From Candidatus Peregrinibacteria bacterium CG10_big_fil_rev_8_21_14_0_10_36_19 (GTDB lineage Bacteria > Patescibacteriota > Gracilibacteria > UBA1369 > LOWO2-01-FULL-3): DNA of 40,000 bases. This document shows, one piece after another, positions 37,667 to 40,000 of the stretch; the first letter of the stretch is position 1; each line of letters starts with the position of its first letter. The stretch is from positions 2,401 through 42,400 of the forward strand of contig PFDP01000011.1 in assembly GCA_002772535.1 (NCBI GenBank), read 5' to 3'. The notes under the pieces were generated by a model that searched no databases, was not told the DNA's origin, and saw only the letters and a program-made list of their open reading frames with translations. The translations under genes were made by a program, and so were the position numbers.

Positions 37667-40000
37667 TTATTCGAAGTCTTCTAGATCAGCAGGGTCTAAA
37701 TCTGCTTCTAGATCTTCGTCTAGAGCGTCTTCGTCGAACTCTAGATCGTCGATGCTTGTTTCTACATCGTCTTCTAGATCACTTTCGTCTAGTCCTTCTA
37801 GATTTCCAGATTCTAGTGAGGTGTTATCGCTTGCTTCTGCAATTTCTTTTTTTACAGCTGGTTCGATGTCATCTCTTATTTCTGGATCTTCTTCTAGAAC
37901 TTCGTCTGGTGGCATTTCATCAACATATTCTTCTGTTTCCATTAGTTTTACTGATAAACCAAGACTTTGAAGCTCTTTTACAAGAACGTTGAATGATTCT
38001 GGTACACGAGGTTTTCTAATTGCTTCACCTTTAACGATTGATTCGTAAGCTTTTGATCTTCCGTATACATCATCAGATTTGATTGTCAGCATTTCTTGCA
38101 GGATGTGTGCTGCACCGTAAGCTTCAAGTGCCCACACCTCCATTTCTCCGAACCTTTGTCCACCGTGTTGAGCTTTACCTCCAAGTGGCTGTTGTGTAAC
38201 AAGTGAGTATGGACCAACTGAACGAGCATGGATTTTATCTTCAACTAAGTGGCTTAGCTTCATGATATATGTGATACCAACTGTTACCGGTTTGTCGAAT
38301 TTTTCACCTGTTTTACCATCATATAGATCTACTTTTCCACTTTCTGGTAATCCAGCTTTGATTAGCTGTCTTGTAATTTCTTCTGTTGGTACACCGTTTA
38401 GGGCAGGAGTTGCAACTGTGATGCTTTGTTCTCTTGCAGCCCATCCAAGATGTGTTTCTAGGATTTGACCGATATTCATACGACTAGATACACCAAGTGG
38501 ATTTAAAATGATGTCTACTGGCGTTCCGTCTGGTAGGAATGGCATGTCTTCTTGAGGTACGATAATTGAGATCACACCTTTGTTACCGTGACGACCGGCA
38601 ATCTTATCTCCAACTGAGATTTTTCTTGTTTGTGCAACATTAACTTTGATTTGTCTTAGAACACCTGTTGGAAGTTCATCACCGTTTTCTTTTGTGAATA
38701 ATTGAACTCCTACAACTTTTCCACCTTCTCCACCTGGAAGTTTTAGTGAAGTGTCTTTTACGTCACGAGCTTTGTCTCCGAAGATTGCTCTTAGAAGTCT
38801 TTCTTCAGCTGTTAGTTCAGTTTCACCTTTTGGTGTAATTTTACCAACTAGGATATCTCCTTCGTGAACAGTTGCACCTATGCGTACGATACCATCTTCA
38901 TCTAGGTCTTTTAGTTTTGTATCTCCTACGTTAGGGATGTCTCTTGTGATAATTTCTGGTCCTAGTTTTGTTTCACGAACATCTACTGTAAATGTTTCGA
39001 TGTGTACTGAGTCGTATAAACCATTTCTTACAACATTGTCTGAGATGATTACGGCATCTTCGAAGTTGTAACCTTCCCATGTCATGTAGGCAACGAGTAG
39101 GTTTTGACCAAGAGCAAGTTCTCCGTTATCGATAGCTGGACCGTCGGCAAGTACATCACCTTTTTTAACTTTTTGTCCGCTTTGAACAACAGTTCTTTGG
39201 TGAATACATGTACCTTGGTTTGATCTTTCGTAGTTTTGTAGTGCGTATGTTGATTGTTTACCGTTTGCATATACAACTGTGATTTCTGCACCGTCTGCAT
39301 ATGTAACTGTACCGTCTTGTTCCGCAATAACAACTTGTCCGGAACTTTTAGCGGCCATTTCTTCGATACCTGTACCTACGATAGGAGTTTTAGGTGCGAT
39401 TAGTGATACTGCTTGACGTTGCATGTTTGAACCCATCGATGCACGAGTATTATCGTCATGTTCCAAGAATGGAATTAGAGATGTTGTGATTGAGATGATT
39501 TGTTTTGGAGAAATATCGATGTGAGTAACATCATTAATGTGTACTAAGTTTGGTTCACCACTTTTACGAGCAGATACACGAGTTTCTGTGAATTGTCCGA
39601 TTTCGTCTACTTCTGAGTTGGCTTGCGCTACTACGAATTCTTCCTCTTCGTCAGCATCGAAGTATTTAATTTCTCCTGTTCCGTATGGACGAACCTTGAT
39701 TTCGTCTACTTTTAGTTTAGCAATTTTTTTAGCCATTGCTTCGTCTACTACGTCTCCAGCTTTTGCAATGCCTTGAATACTTTCTCTAAGTACACGACCA
39801 ACCATGTGTTTGTCGTCGGGTTTTACAACAGATTTTACTTCTCTGTATGGAGTTTCGATAAATCCGTATTCGTTTACACGAGCGTAGTTTGCTAAATGTA
39901 CAACTAGACCGATGTTAGGTCCTTCAGGTGTAGCAATAGGACAAATACGTCCGTAGTGAGATTGGTGTACGTCACGTACGTCGAATGATGCACGTTCACG
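37667..40000 (-). CDS. rpoB: DNA-directed RNA polymerase beta subunit (N-terminal part outside window)
   Basis: The frame is open to base 40000. Translation upstream of the listed Met reads ...[19 protein letters not shown]..., and further motifs are [16 protein letters not shown] and [11 protein letters not shown]-terminal acidic extension of about 89 aa follows the canonical end, [10 protein letters not shown]. Confidence 0.97.
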   Translation of the reverse strand, partial: RERASFDVRDVHQSHYGRICPIATPEGPNIGLVVHLANYARVNEYGFIETPYREVKSVVKPDDKHMVGRVLRESIQGIAKAGDVVDEAMAKKIAKLKVDEIKVRPYGTGEIKYFDADEEEEFVVAQANSEVDEIGQFTETRVSARKSGEPNLVHINDVTHIDISPKQIISITTSLIPFLEHDDNTRASMGSNMQRQAVSLIAPKTPIVGTGIEEMAAKSSGQVVIAEQDGTVTYADGAEITVVYANGKQSTYALQNYERSNQGTCIHQRTVVQSGQKVKKGDVLADGPAIDNGELALGQNLLVAYMTWEGYNFEDAVIISDNVVRNGLYDSVHIETFTVDVRETKLGPEIITRDIPNVGDTKLKDLDEDGIVRIGATVHEGDILVGKITPKGETELTAEERLLRAIFGDKARDVKDTSLKLPGGEGGKVVGVQLFTKENGDELPTGVLRQIKVNVAQTRKISVGDKIAGRHGNKGVISIIVPQEDMPFLPDGTPVDIILNPLGVSSRMNIGQILETHLGWAAREQSITVATPALNGVPTEEITRQLIKAGLPESGKVDLYDGKTGEKFDKPVTVGITYIMKLSHLVEDKIHARSVGPYSLVTQQPLGGKAQHGGQRFGEMEVWALEAYGAAHILQEMLTIKSDDVYGRSKAYESIVKGEAIRKPRVPESFNVLVKELQSLGLSVKLMETEEYVDEMPPDEVLEEDPEIRDDIEPAVKKEIAEASDNTSLESGNLEGLDESDLEDDVETSIDDLEFDEDALDEDLEADLDPADLEDFE

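Noticed and set aside
37680-37802. Six TCTAGA palindromes in about 120 nt as a DNA repeat or mobile-element relic.
   Set aside because: They are in frame and encode the (D/E)-L-(E/D) units of the rpoB acidic tail, so this is a codon-level repeat rather than an independent DNA element. The plus-strand S/L-rich ORFs at 37752-37992 are its antisense shadow.
39082-39333. 83-aa minus-strand ORF in an alternative frame within rpoB.
   Set aside because: It is out of frame with a highly conserved rpoB segment, and its Q/T/K-rich translation has no motifs.
1-40000. Window-wide look for CRISPR repeats, IS elements with inverted repeats, integrases, toxin-antitoxin pairs, defence genes, tRNA and rRNA.
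   Set aside because: I noticed no direct-repeat arrays, transposase or recombinase-like ORFs, or structured RNA genes. Every ORF of 100 aa or longer outside the antisense shadows is accounted for by the annotated genes. This was a by-eye inspection, not an exhaustive computation.

Overview
This is a low-GC (roughly 32-45% by spot counts) bacterial chromosome segment made up almost entirely of core transcription, translation and pyrimidine genes. I saw no rRNA, tRNA, CRISPR array, transposase, integrase or obvious defence locus.

Gene layout:
- Plus strand, left end: a de novo pyrimidine operon, pyrC (5'-truncated), pyrD, pyrK, pyrE and pyrF, followed directly by a carbamate kinase.
- Minus strand, read right to left: rpoB (partial), ssb, rpoC, rpsL, rpsG, a terminator and promoter, then fusA and tuf. 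Next comes a plus-strand orphan gene convergent with tuf. It is followed by a monocistronic rpsJ and a CaCA-type Ca2+/cation antiporter.
- An uninterrupted co-directional block of about 21.6 kb follows. It runs from rplC through the S10, spc and alpha genes to rplQ, rplM and rpsI. It continues into an intact P2-type cation ATPase, trmD, an N-terminally truncated P-type ATPase paralogue with all catalytic motifs lost, a DUF167/YggU protein and rsmA.

I found no single self-evident new system. The most unusual observations are:
1. ssb lies between rpoB and rpoC, and the RNAP beta subunit carries an 89-residue polyacidic C-terminal tail.
2. A catalytically dead but open-reading-frame-intact P-type ATPase paralogue is translationally coupled to trmD.
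3. The tuf-rpsJ-rplC linkage is broken twice, by an orphan acidic protein and by a Ca2+ antiporter. rpsJ is isolated behind its own consensus promoter, structured leader and terminator.
4. A carbamate kinase is appended to the pyr operon.
5. rpmD (L30) is absent, and none of the roughly 15 gene starts I inspected has a Shine-Dalgarno motif.

All homology calls come from reading motifs in the translations by eye. No database search was run. The taxonomic hint (Candidate Phyla Radiation-like or another reduced lineage) is inference only.
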